64,000 bases of DNA, taken from Alphaproteobacteria bacterium (GTDB lineage: Bacteria > Pseudomonadota > Alphaproteobacteria > UBA7887). This document shows positions 17,546 to 26,768 of the stretch, piece by piece. The position numbers were made by a program, and so were the translations under genes. Under the pieces are notes generated by a model. That model saw nothing but the letters and a program-made list of their open reading frames with translations. It was not told where the DNA came from and searched no databases. Location: the NCBI GenBank assembly GCA_965216755.1, contig CBDCGL010000011.1:4224001-4288000 (forward strand), in the 5' to 3' direction. How positions within the stretch are numbered: the stretch's first letter is position 1; every line of letters starts with the position of its first letter.

Positions 17546-19126
17546 TCATGTTACAAGAGCCGCCAGAGTCTGGGTATGATCGGCTTGGTCCGCGGGTTTG
17601 TCCCACCGGATTCGGTGAATGCGGGGGAAACGCAGCGCCAGGCCGGACTTGTGCCGTTTCGATTGGTGAACCGAATCAAACGCGACCTCCAGAACAAGTT
17701 CGGCCGTAACGGCGCGGACCGGGCCAAATCTCTCGACTGTGTGCTGACGCACCCATTTATCCAATTGGCGTAGTTCTTCGTCAGTGAAGCCGAAATAAGC
17801 TTTGCCGACCGGCACCAGTTCCTTGCCGCCGTCTGCGGCCGTCCGCCAGCAACCAAACGTGTAGTCCGAATAGAATGATGATCGTTTGCCATGGCCGCGT
17901 TGGGCGTACATCAACACGCAATCAGCGGTGAGCGCATCGCGCTTCCATTTAAACCACGGACCTTTCGGGCGTCCCGTCACGTACGGGCTCTGGCGGTGTT
18001 TCAGCATCAAGCCCTCGATGCCGTTGACCCGTGTCTCTGCGCGCAATCCGGCCAACGCATGCCAGTTGTCAAAGGGAACCAATGGCGAAATATCCATTCG
18101 CGACGGTTGCATTTGGGCATACCACTGTTCCAGTTGCGCGCGCCGTTGTTCAAATGACTGGCCGCGCAGGTCTGCATCACCCCAAAACAGTATGTCGTAG
18201 AGTCGCACATGGGCGGGCAATTCATCGCGCATGCGCGCCGACACGCGCTTGCGGCCAAGCCGTTGTTGGAGATCGTTGAACGGTGCAGGGGTGCCGTCAT
18301 GGGCGACCAGAAGTTCGCCGTCCAGAACGGCATCGAAACACAGCACTTCGACAATATCGGGGAACGCGTTGCTGATATCGTCGCCCGCCCGCGAAAAGAC
18401 GCGCGCGGCGTCGGCCCGCCCCACCAGCTGTACGCGGATGCCGTCCCACTTCCACTCGGCCAGATAGTCGGCGGGATCAAGATTGGCGAGATCTTTTTCA
18501 GCCAATGGATTGGCCAACATCAACGGCCGAAACACCGCGTGATCTGCGATGTCGGGCCGGCCGCCGCGCCCCTCCAGCCAGGCAAACAGTGGCGTGTAGG
18601 GGGGCGCCAGGCCGTGCCAAATTTCTTCGATGTCGGCAACCGGCTTATTGCCAAACATGGCCAGGCTGGTCTTGGCCAGGCGTGAGGAAATGCCGACGCG
18701 CAAGCCGCCGGTCATCAGTTTCAACAAGGCAAATCGGCCACTTGCGTCAAGCTCATCGAGCCAGCCTTCAATGAGAGCCGCGACCTCGGTTCGTTTGGCG
18801 CCCTGCAAGGCCTCAACCACGGTCGCCAAGCTGGGTGGATTTCGCGTTGTCGCGCCAGGTGGCCATATCAATGCGGCTGTTTCCGCCAAGTCTCCGACGA
18901 AATCGTAAGACAGCGCAAATAGCTCGGCCGCAACGCGGGTACTGACAAGCTCTCGGATGACGCGTGGCGTCGCATGGCCCAATCTCAGCTCGCGGGTCAA
19001 AATCGCCAGTCCATAGCCACGGTCCGGGTCGGGTGTGTCCGCGAAATACCTCCTGAGCAAGCCGAGTTTGGCGTTGCGTCCCGGCGTAAAAACCAAGCGT
19101 TCCAGCAATGCGGCGAATGGCTTCAT
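17546..19126 (-). CDS. ATP-dependent DNA ligase (DNA-damage-response type)
   Basis: EWKWDGIRVQ adenylation motif, LDGELL, EGLMLK, WFKWK, LRFPRI. Confidence 0.95.
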   Translation of the reverse strand: MKPFAALLERLVFTPGRNAKLGLLRRYFADTPDPDRGYGLAILTRELRLGHATPRVIRELVSTRVAAELFALSYDFVGDLAETAALIWPPGATTRNPPSLATVVEALQGAKRTEVAALIEGWLDELDASGRFALLKLMTGGLRVGISSRLAKTSLAMFGNKPVADIEEIWHGLAPPYTPLFAWLEGRGGRPDIADHAVFRPLMLANPLAEKDLANLDPADYLAEWKWDGIRVQLVGRADAARVFSRAGDDISNAFPDIVEVLCFDAVLDGELLVAHDGTPAPFNDLQQRLGRKRVSARMRDELPAHVRLYDILFWGDADLRGQSFEQRRAQLEQWYAQMQPSRMDISPLVPFDNWHALAGLRAETRVNGIEGLMLKHRQSPYVTGRPKGPWFKWKRDALTADCVLMYAQRGHGKRSSFYSDYTFGCWRTAADGGKELVPVGKAYFGFTDEELRQLDKWVRQHTVERFGPVRAVTAELVLEVAFDSVHQSKRHKSGLALRFPRIHRIRWDKPADQADHTQTLAALVT

Positions 19127-20142
19127 GCGCTGTCTTCGTCAAAGCCAATCAGCGACAGCGCTTCCGCATCGAGACCACGGGATCGCGCGTGAAAGACCAG
19201 CGCATCCTCACGGCCATGGGTGACCCAAACACGTGGCGCGGCAACATCGTCGAGCGTCGCGGTCAATTCATCCCAATCGGCATGATCTGAGATCACCATC
19301 GGCAATTCGACGCCGCGTTGGCGGGCGCGTTGGCGGACACGCAACCAACCAGATGCGGCGGCGATGACCGGATCGGGCAAGTCGCGCGCCCAGCGATCCG
19401 CGGTCGCCGACGGTGGGCTCAGCACGATCGCACCGGCCAGATCGTGCTTGTTGGCGGCGGTGACGGGCTTCAAAGCGCCCAGCCCAATCCCCTGCCTGTG
19501 GTAGAGCTCGCACAATGAGACAAGTGCCCCGTGTAACCAAATTGGTCGGTCATAGCCGGCTTGGCGCAACAACGCGATCACCCGTTGGCATTTACCCAAA
19601 GCGTAGACGCCGACCAAATGGCAGCGGTCCGGTTGGTTCCGAACCGAGTCCAACAGCTTGCCGATCTCCCCGCGGTCGGGTGGATGGCGAAACACGGGCA
19701 GGGCGAACGTGGCTTCGGTGACAAACAGGTCGCATGTGACCGGCTCGAACGGCGCGCATGTCGGATCGGGGCGCCGTTTGTAATCGCCAGAGACCACCAC
19801 CCGAAAGCCGCGATAGTCCAGAACAACCTGTGCGCTGCCCAATATGTGGCCAGCCGGTTCGAGTGTCACCGTCACATCGCCGACTTTCTGCGGCTTGCCA
19901 TAAGCGCAGGTCTCGAATTGGTGGGCGGCATCGTCGCCATAGCGGACCCGCATGATGGCGGCGGTCTCGGCGGTGCACAGCACGGCCCGATGGCCACGTC
20001 GCGCGTGATCGCCATGGCCATGGGTGACCACGGCGCGCGCGACGGCCGGTTGCGGGTCGATATAGAATTGACCCGGCGCGCACCAAAGCCCTGCTTTGGT
20101 GTTGATCAGCCAAGCCTTGGGATCGGATGACGTGTCGAACAT
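19123..20142 (-). CDS. Ligase-associated DNA-damage-response exonuclease (MBL/beta-CASP fold)
   Basis: THGHGDHAR, AGHILGSAQ, SGDYKR, TEATF, SDHADW, WVTHG; ATGA overlap with the ligase gene. Confidence 0.92.
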   Translation of the reverse strand: MFDTSSDPKAWLINTKAGLWCAPGQFYIDPQPAVARAVVTHGHGDHARRGHRAVLCTAETAAIMRVRYGDDAAHQFETCAYGKPQKVGDVTVTLEPAGHILGSAQVVLDYRGFRVVVSGDYKRRPDPTCAPFEPVTCDLFVTEATFALPVFRHPPDRGEIGKLLDSVRNQPDRCHLVGVYALGKCQRVIALLRQAGYDRPIWLHGALVSLCELYHRQGIGLGALKPVTAANKHDLAGAIVLSPPSATADRWARDLPDPVIAAASGWLRVRQRARQRGVELPMVISDHADWDELTATLDDVAAPRVWVTHGREDALVFHARSRGLDAEALSLIGFDEDSA

Positions 20143-20184
20143 TGCGCACAGTATAGGCGGTCGCCGCGGGGGGCGCTTTGGGGT

Positions 20185-22626
20185 GTGGTCGTGACAGCTA
20201 AGCTGCCCGAGCCATTTCGTCGCTGGTTCGCCGGCCAGGGCTGGAAACCCCACGCCCATCAATTGGCGGTTGCTGCGACCGCCCAATCCAGGGGTGACGT
20301 GTTGCTGGTCGCGCCGACCGGTGGCGGCAAGACTTTGGCCGGCTTCCTACCAAGCTTGCTGACGCTCGCCGATGCTTCCGACACTGGTCTGCATACGCTC
20401 TATGTGTCACCGCTAAAGGCACTGACCGTAGACGTGCATCGCAATCTGCTGCAACCGATTGCGGATATGGCGTTGCCGATAAACGCCGAGACGCGCACCG
20501 GCGACACACCGCAGGCCCGCCGGCAGCGGCAACGGCGCCATCCACCGCACATTCTCCTCACCACGCCCGAATCCTTGGCGTTGATGTTGTCTTATGTCGA
20601 GGCCCCAGAGATCTTCCAGGGGCTGCGACAGGTTGTCGTCGACGAGTTGCACGCGATTGCAGGCACCAAACGCGGTGATCTTCTGGCCTTGGGGTTATCG
20701 CGCCTCAACGGTTTGGCCCCGGAGCATAGGCGGATAGGCTTGTCGGCGACCGTCGCCTGGCCCGACGATTTGCGCGCTTGGCTGGCCCGCGATGGCGACG
20801 GCGGCGACGTCCACATGATCAGCCATGACGACAGTGTGCCACCCGAGATCTCGATTCTCACACCCGATACACGTATTCCCTGGCGCGGCCACATGGGGGC
20901 CCATGCGATGGAAGCCGTGTACAAGCAGATCCAGGGTGCCGCGACGACCATCGTTTTCGTCAACACGCGGGCCCAGGCCGAGATCGTGTTTCGGCATTTG
21001 TGGGCACTCAATGACCAAAACCTGCCGATCGGCCTACATCACGGCAGTTTGGCGGTCGAACAACGACGTCGCATTGAGGCTGCGATGGCAGCCGGCAAAC
21101 TCCGCGCCGTGGTGGCGACTTCGTCATTGGATTTGGGCGTCGATTGGGCCGCGGTGGATTTGGTGATCCAAGTCGGCGCACCCAAGGGCGTCAGCCGGCT
21201 TATTCAGCGGGTCGGTCGCGCTGGCCATCGCCTGGACTGTCCGAGCCGCGCGGTATTGGTTCCAGCCAATCGCTTTGAAGTCCTGGAGTGCCGCGCCGCG
21301 GTCGATGCCGTGGCCGCGCGCACCCTGGACGGCGATCCGCCGCGGCCGGGCGGATTGGACGTGTTGGCACAGCACATATTGGGCACCGCGTGCTCGGTGC
21401 CCTTCGATGCCGATGCGTTGTATCGCGACGTGACCCAGGCCGCGCCCTATGCCGCTCTCAGCCGCACGGATTTCGATGACACACTGGCATTTGTCGAAAA
21501 TGGTGGATACGCGTTGAAAGCCTACGAACGCTATCGACGGATCCGCAAAGGCAAGGATGGTCGTTACCGGATTACCTCGGCGCGCGTCGCGCGTCTCTAT
21601 CGCATGAATGTCGGCACGATCGTCGAGGCGGTGACGATGAAAGTGAAGCTCAAAAAGGGCCGGTTCCTCGGCGAGATCGAGGAATATTTTATTCTCGGCC
21701 TGGTGCCCGGCGATACCTTCGTGTTTTCCGGCCAGGTCTTGCGCTTTGTCGGCTTGCAGGAAACCCACGCATTGGTCGAGCGAGCCACCGGTGGCGATCC
21801 GAAAGTGCCGGCCTATCAGGGTGGACGTTTGCCGTTGACCACCCACTTGGCGGATCGGGTGCGGGCGATGCTGGCCTCCCCCAAGAACTGGTCCGATCTT
21901 CCAGAACCGGTCAATGAGTGGCTGCGGTTGCAGCGCGCGCGGTCGACCTTGCCCAAGGCCAAGGGATTGCTGGTTGAGACCTTTCCGCGTGCGGACAAGG
22001 CGTATCTGGTCGCCTATTGCTTCGAAGGCCGTAACGCGCATCAAACACTCGGCATGCTGCTCACCCGTCGCATGGAGCGCGCCGGATTGGCACCGCTAGG
22101 CTTTGTCGCGACCGACTATGTGTTGGCGATTTGGAGCGTTCATCCGGCGACCGAGATCGAGTCTTTGTTCGACGAATCGATGCTCGGTGATGATCTGGAG
22201 GAATGGATGGACGAATCATCGATGCTCCGTCGCACGTTTCGCAATGTCGCCGTGATCGCCGGACTTATCGAGCGCCAGCATCCGGGGGAGCGGAAAACCC
22301 GGCGTCAGGTGACCTTCAACGCCGATCTGATCTACGATGTCTTGCGGCGCTACGACCCCAATCACATACTGCTGCGCGCCACGCGCGCGGATGCCGGCAG
22401 CGGATTGACCGATATCCGCCGCGTGGCCGGCATGCTGTCACGCATTCGGGGGCGTATCGTGCATCGCGAATTGGACAAAGTTTCGCCGTTGGCGGTTCCT
22501 GTGTTGTTGGAAATCGGCAAGGAAACCGTGTATGGCGCCGCATTTGATCATTTGCTCGACGAGGGCGAGCAACAACTGATTGACGAAGCATTGGCATTGC
22601 CGGGCCGGGCACGGGCATCCGCGTGA
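20185..22626 (+). CDS. Ligase-associated Lhr-like DEXH-box helicase
   Basis: APTGGGKT, SPLKAL, VDELH, GLSAT, HHGSL, QRVGRAGH. Confidence 0.93.
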   Translation: MVVTAKLPEPFRRWFAGQGWKPHAHQLAVAATAQSRGDVLLVAPTGGGKTLAGFLPSLLTLADASDTGLHTLYVSPLKALTVDVHRNLLQPIADMALPINAETRTGDTPQARRQRQRRHPPHILLTTPESLALMLSYVEAPEIFQGLRQVVVDELHAIAGTKRGDLLALGLSRLNGLAPEHRRIGLSATVAWPDDLRAWLARDGDGGDVHMISHDDSVPPEISILTPDTRIPWRGHMGAHAMEAVYKQIQGAATTIVFVNTRAQAEIVFRHLWALNDQNLPIGLHHGSLAVEQRRRIEAAMAAGKLRAVVATSSLDLGVDWAAVDLVIQVGAPKGVSRLIQRVGRAGHRLDCPSRAVLVPANRFEVLECRAAVDAVAARTLDGDPPRPGGLDVLAQHILGTACSVPFDADALYRDVTQAAPYAALSRTDFDDTLAFVENGGYALKAYERYRRIRKGKDGRYRITSARVARLYRMNVGTIVEAVTMKVKLKKGRFLGEIEEYFILGLVPGDTFVFSGQVLRFVGLQETHALVERATGGDPKVPAYQGGRLPLTTHLADRVRAMLASPKNWSDLPEPVNEWLRLQRARSTLPKAKGLLVETFPRADKAYLVAYCFEGRNAHQTLGMLLTRRMERAGLAPLGFVATDYVLAIWSVHPATEIESLFDESMLGDDLEEWMDESSMLRRTFRNVAVIAGLIERQHPGERKTRRQVTFNADLIYDVLRRYDPNHILLRATRADAGSGLTDIRRVAGMLSRIRGRIVHRELDKVSPLAVPVLLEIGKETVYGAAFDHLLDEGEQQLIDEALALPGRARASA

Positions 22627-23312
22627 CCGGGCGGTCGCTGGCGCTCAACGGGGCGACGCTTGTCGCCGATGTCAGTGGCGCGTTGTATTGGCCGAACGCG
22701 GAGACGGTGGTCGTCGCCGACTTGCATCTTGAAAAGGGCTCCCGATTCGCGCAGTTCGGCAATCTTCTGCCGCCGTATGACAGCCGTGCCACGTTGACAA
22801 CCTTGGCTGGCGTGCTGGCGCGGTTCCGGCCGCGCCGCGTTATCTGTCTGGGCGATAGCTTCCACGATGCGGACGCACCGGACCGGCTGTCCAAGGCGGA
22901 CGTCGGTCGGCTGATGACAATGACGGCGGCCCATGATTGGGTATGGGTGGCTGGAAATCACGATCCCGCGCCGCCCGGCGGTCTGGGTGGCCGCGTGGTT
23001 AGCTGGTTTGAGGATGGGCCGCTAAAATTTCGCCATGAAGCCCATCATGATGGTGACGTCAATGGCGAGGTTTCAGGACACTTCCATCCCCGCGCGGCGG
23101 TCACCGTACGTGGCCGACGCCTGGCGAACCGTTGCTTCGTCGGTGATCGATCGCGGGTGATCCTGCCAGCGTTCGGCGCTTATGCCGGTGGATTGGATGT
23201 CAGCGCGCCGGCGATCGCAGACCTGTTTGTCGATGGATTCACTGCCTACATATTGGGTCGACGCGGCGTGTATGCATTTGCCGGCGACGCCATCACGGCG
23301 GGGCGGTCGTAG
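22623..23312 (+). CDS. pdeM: Ligase-associated metallophosphoesterase/endonuclease
   Basis: ADLHLEKG, LGDSFHD, GNHD, RHE, SGHFHP, LPAFG; GTGA overlap with the helicase gene. Confidence 0.9.
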   Translation: MTGRSLALNGATLVADVSGALYWPNAETVVVADLHLEKGSRFAQFGNLLPPYDSRATLTTLAGVLARFRPRRVICLGDSFHDADAPDRLSKADVGRLMTMTAAHDWVWVAGNHDPAPPGGLGGRVVSWFEDGPLKFRHEAHHDGDVNGEVSGHFHPRAAVTVRGRRLANRCFVGDRSRVILPAFGAYAGGLDVSAPAIADLFVDGFTAYILGRRGVYAFAGDAITAGRS

Positions 23313-23346
23313 TCGTGACACGCTGGCCCCCAAGGAGAGCCCACCC

Positions 23347-24099
23347 ATGACCAAGACCAAATCTCATTTTTTCGTCGTCGCCGTCGTTGTCCTGATGTTC
23401 GGTGCCGGTAGCGCGCAGAGCCAGGACCTTCTGAACGATCTGTTGGGTGCGATTGAAGAGCTGGTGACCGGCGAGGAGGGGACTACGGCGGGACTCACCG
23501 ACGCCGACATCACGTCCGGCTTGCTGGAAGCGCTGCGGGTGGGCACCGAACGGGTGGTTGCGTCGGTCAGCGCGGTCGACGGCTACAATCTCGACGACGC
23601 CATCCATATTCCGCTACCGGAGAACTTGCACAAGGTGCAGGAAATCTTGGCGACGGTGGGATTGTCAAGTTTGGGTGATGATTTGGAGTTGAAACTGAAC
23701 CGTGCCGCCGAAGCCGCTGCACCGTTGGCTCGCGACGTATTCTGGAATTCGATCGATCAAATGACCATGGATGACGCGCTGGGCATATTCAACGGCCCCA
23801 ACGATGCCGCCACACGCTATTTCGAGCGCACCATGACTCCGCAATTGGTCACCCTGATGCGCCCGATCATCGACAACACCTTGGCCGATGTGGGCGCGCT
23901 CCAGGCCTATGATCAGATGATGGCGCCCTATCAAGCCCTGCCACTGGTCCCGGATGTCAAAGGCGATCTGCAGACCTATGCTGTCGAGCAGGCGCTCGGC
24001 GGTATGTTCTTCAAACTCGCCGAGGAAGAGGCCGCGATCCGCGAAGACCCGGCCAAACGAACAACAGAGATCTTGGAACGGGTCTTCGGACGCGGCTGA
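23347..24099 (+). CDS. DUF4197 domain protein
   Basis: Signal peptide; GLLEALRVG, LNRAAEAAAP, AATRYF, EEEAAIREDP..RTTEILERVFG. Confidence 0.85.
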   Translation: MTKTKSHFFVVAVVVLMFGAGSAQSQDLLNDLLGAIEELVTGEEGTTAGLTDADITSGLLEALRVGTERVVASVSAVDGYNLDDAIHIPLPENLHKVQEILATVGLSSLGDDLELKLNRAAEAAAPLARDVFWNSIDQMTMDDALGIFNGPNDAATRYFERTMTPQLVTLMRPIIDNTLADVGALQAYDQMMAPYQALPLVPDVKGDLQTYAVEQALGGMFFKLAEEEAAIREDPAKRTTEILERVFGRG

Positions 24100-24120
24100 G
24101 CGAGGCGCTATGGTGCCCCG

Positions 24121-24693
24121 TCAGCTGACCAACTCCCAAGATCCGTCCGGCTGCCGGCAGGCCCGACCATAGCCGTCTTCGACCTTGCCGCCGACGACGA
24201 CGGTGGTCGTATACTCGCGACAATAGCGCCCTTCGTCATAAGTGACCCGTGACGGTGTGACCGCGTAGTCGGCACGCGTGTTGGGGTTGGTCCAGCGTAC
24301 AGTCTGTCCGGGCGAGGCGTATTCGAGCGACTGCGAGACACAGTTGCCGTCGGCCGGATCCATATATTGCGACAAGGAACCGCCAAGCACGGCGCCCAAC
24401 AACGTGCCGGTGGCGGTGGCCGCCAACTGACCGGAGCCGTCACCGATTTGCGCGCCAAGCAAACCACCGACGACAGCGCCCAAGGCTCCGCCGAGCAGGT
24501 CACGGCCGCGGAAGCCGGCGTAGCATTGGTCCAAAAATCCGAAACCCGAAGGTTGGTGCGCGGCCTGGGTGCGATAGTCGTCGGCCACCGCCACTGTCGG
24601 CATGGCGATCGAAGCACCGGCCACGGCCACGGCCGCGGCGATCGCGATTGGCGCGCGGCGCGCGCGTTTCGATGGATTGCGGTACTGGGTCAT
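24121..24693 (-). CDS. RT0821/Lpp0805 (17 kDa antigen-like) glycine-zipper protein
   Basis: Glycine zipper GGALGAVVGGLLGAQIG; W.NP; CREY...GRACRQPDGSW. Confidence 0.88.
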   Translation of the reverse strand: MTQYRNPSKRARRAPIAIAAAVAVAGASIAMPTVAVADDYRTQAAHQPSGFGFLDQCYAGFRGRDLLGGALGAVVGGLLGAQIGDGSGQLAATATGTLLGAVLGGSLSQYMDPADGNCVSQSLEYASPGQTVRWTNPNTRADYAVTPSRVTYDEGRYCREYTTTVVVGGKVEDGYGRACRQPDGSWELVS

Positions 24694-24758
24694 AAGTCTT
24701 GTCCTCACTATCTCGACTTCACATTGTGGCAGACGCCAAATGGTCATCCGCGATTGCC

Positions 24759-25241
24759 TTACTGACTGACAATCTCCCAACTACCGTCGGGTCTGCGGCA
24801 GGCCGTGCCATAGCTGTTCTGCACGCGTCCGCCGACCACCACCGACTGCTGAAACTCGCGGCAATACTGACCGCCATGGGCCTGATAGGTACTTTGCGGC
24901 GTGAACGTGCCGTGATGGCCGCTATCGGGATTGCTCCATGAAACGGTGCTACCGCTGGGCACGGATTCCAATCCGTAGCCGGCTGTTTGGTTGGCATACA
25001 TCAAGTCGGCCCGGTCCAGGGACACACCGACTTCGCTGCCGATCAAGGCACCGATCAGGGTGCCGGCGCCAACCGCGGCAAGTTTGCCGGTACCCTTGCC
25101 GATTTGCGAGCCGGCCAGGGCGCCGAGGCCGCCACCGATCAGCGCGCCGCCAGTTTGTTTGGGTCCGTATGCGGTGGTGCAGCCTGAGAGGGCAAGCGCC
25201 GCCGCGACGGCAAAAACGATGCTCAATTTTGTGCGGGTCAT
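24759..25241 (-). CDS. RT0821/Lpp0805 (17 kDa antigen-like) lipoprotein
   Basis: Lipobox LSGC; glycine zipper; WSNPDSG; CREF...GTACRRPDGSW; AGGAGG RBS. Confidence 0.9.
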   Translation of the reverse strand: MTRTKLSIVFAVAAALALSGCTTAYGPKQTGGALIGGGLGALAGSQIGKGTGKLAAVGAGTLIGALIGSEVGVSLDRADLMYANQTAGYGLESVPSGSTVSWSNPDSGHHGTFTPQSTYQAHGGQYCREFQQSVVVGGRVQNSYGTACRRPDGSWEIVSQ

Positions 25242-25324
25242 AACCGACCTCCTTTCAGAACCGCGTCACGCGGGGGTGGCCACCGGTATCAACGTAAATG
25301 CCGGTGGCCGGTTTGTGGGCTGGG

Positions 25325-25651
25325 CTAATAACCCCGGAAATGGCGATAGTATTTGGGCGGGCAATAGGCGGGCGGCAGGTCGTACCAATACCGCTTGTGG
25401 GCGTGGCGATGCCGGCGCGGACGCTCGTCGTAGTACCAATCATCGGCGTGGTGCCGTCGCCGGTGCTTTACGTGATGGCGCTTATGACGTTTGATCACAT
25501 GATGGCTCCTGTGGGCCCGGTGATCGTACGCCCGCGGCGGCGGCTGCTGGTGGTTGTACCACCCGTCATGCCCGCGATCGTGTGCCAGCGCCGGTGTTGC
25601 CGCCAGCAGGCCGGTGATCAGCGTTCCCACCATGAACGAGGTCTTGAACAT
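25325..25651 (-). CDS. Small secreted His/Arg/Tyr-rich protein
   Basis: Signal peptide ending ALA-H; mature part dense in H, R and Y; first gene of the operon with the two 17 kDa-type genes. Confidence 0.7.
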   Translation of the reverse strand: MFKTSFMVGTLITGLLAATPALAHDRGHDGWYNHQQPPPRAYDHRAHRSHHVIKRHKRHHVKHRRRHHADDWYYDERPRRHRHAHKRYWYDLPPAYCPPKYYRHFRGY

Positions 25652-25708
25652 GCTTCCAGTCTCCAATGGACTTTGATCAGATGTTGCGGCGATCTTGGCA
25701 AATGGCGG

Positions 25709-25748
25709 CTGAATTGATCCTGAAGACCGCGTTCATCGACCGTTCATC
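25709..25748. promoter_or_regulatory. Four phased half-sites, probable OmpR/PhoB-family binding sites
   Basis: CTGAA at 25709 and 25720; GTTCATC at 25731 and 25742. All starts are 11 bp apart, in the divergent promoter region. Confidence 0.65.
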
Positions 25749-25771
25749 TGTTCGCGCATAGGGTTCCGGCC

Positions 25772-26062
25772 ATGCGCAGCCTCATTTTCGGTGTCATTTT
25801 CGCGGTATTTTTCAGCGCCGCCGGTGCGTTCGCGCAAAGTCATGAGCGCGCCCGCGATGCGTTACAGGCGGGGCAGATTCGGCCGCTGGGCGAGATTATC
25901 TCGCGGGTCATGGGGCAAACCGGGGGTGAAGTGCTCGATGCGGAGTTGCACCAGGGCCAGCGCGGTTGGATTTATCGAGTCAAGATCCTGACCCCGGACG
26001 GTCGCGTCGAAGTGGTCCCGGCCGACGCCCAAACCGGGCGCATCTTGAGGAGGCGGCGCTGA
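25772..26062 (+). CDS. PepSY domain periplasmic protein
   Basis: Signal peptide; HERARDALQAGQIRPL; YRVKILTPDGRV...DAQTG. Confidence 0.88.
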   Translation: MRSLIFGVIFAVFFSAAGAFAQSHERARDALQAGQIRPLGEIISRVMGQTGGEVLDAELHQGQRGWIYRVKILTPDGRVEVVPADAQTGRILRRRR

Positions 26063-26733
26063 TGCGGGTTTTGGTCGTTGAGGACGAATCCACGCTGGCC
26101 GGCCAATTGCGCGATGCCTTGAGCGACGCCGGTTACGCTGTCGACGTTGCCCATGACGGCGAGGAGGGGCATTTTTTGGGGGATACCGAGTCTTACGACG
26201 TGGTCATTCTCGATCTCGGCTTGCCGCAGATGGACGGTATCACGGTGCTTGGCCGCTGGCGCGCCGACGGTCGCGACATGCCGGTGTTGATCCTTACCGC
26301 GCGCGAGCGTTGGAGCGAGAAGGTTGCTGGCTTTGATGCCGGCGCCGACGACTATGTGGTCAAGCCATTTCAGATGGAGGAATTGCTCGCCCGCGTCCGT
26401 GCGCTGATGCGGCGATCGGCCGGGCATGCCTCTGCCGTGCTCCGTTGCGGGCCGGTCGAGCTTGACACCAATCTTGGTCGTGCGGTGGTTGATGGCAACG
26501 CCGTGAAGTTGACCGCGCACGAATATAAATTGCTGGCCTATTTGATGCATCACCAAGGACGTGTTGTTTCTCGGACCGAACTGACTGAACATATCTACAA
26601 CCAGGAATTCGATAAAGATTCGAACACGATCGAAGTGTTCGTCGCGCGCCTGCGCCGCAAGCTGGGGGCGGAAATTATTCACACCGTGCGCGGCCTCGGC
26701 TATTTGGTGGCGACCGAGGATGACGTCTCCTAA
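26062..26733 (+). CDS. OmpR-family response regulator (FeuP/PhoP-like)
   Basis: VVEDE, LDLGLP, LTAR, GADDYVVKPF, DSNTIEVFVARLRRKLG, TVRGLGY. Confidence 0.93.
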   Translation: MRVLVVEDESTLAGQLRDALSDAGYAVDVAHDGEEGHFLGDTESYDVVILDLGLPQMDGITVLGRWRADGRDMPVLILTARERWSEKVAGFDAGADDYVVKPFQMEELLARVRALMRRSAGHASAVLRCGPVELDTNLGRAVVDGNAVKLTAHEYKLLAYLMHHQGRVVSRTELTEHIYNQEFDKDSNTIEVFVARLRRKLGAEIIHTVRGLGYLVATEDDVS

Positions 26734-26768
26734 GGCGAATTCTGTTCAACGCGACGCAGCGTGCCGAA

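Noticed and set aside
21124-22044. 306-aa minus-strand ORF
   Set aside because: Antisense shadow of the helicase.
25255-25443. Possible frameshifted C-terminal extension of the His-rich protein
   Set aside because: No slippery sequence seen; the region after the stop is explained by an inverted repeat (25278-25309) and the next gene's RBS.
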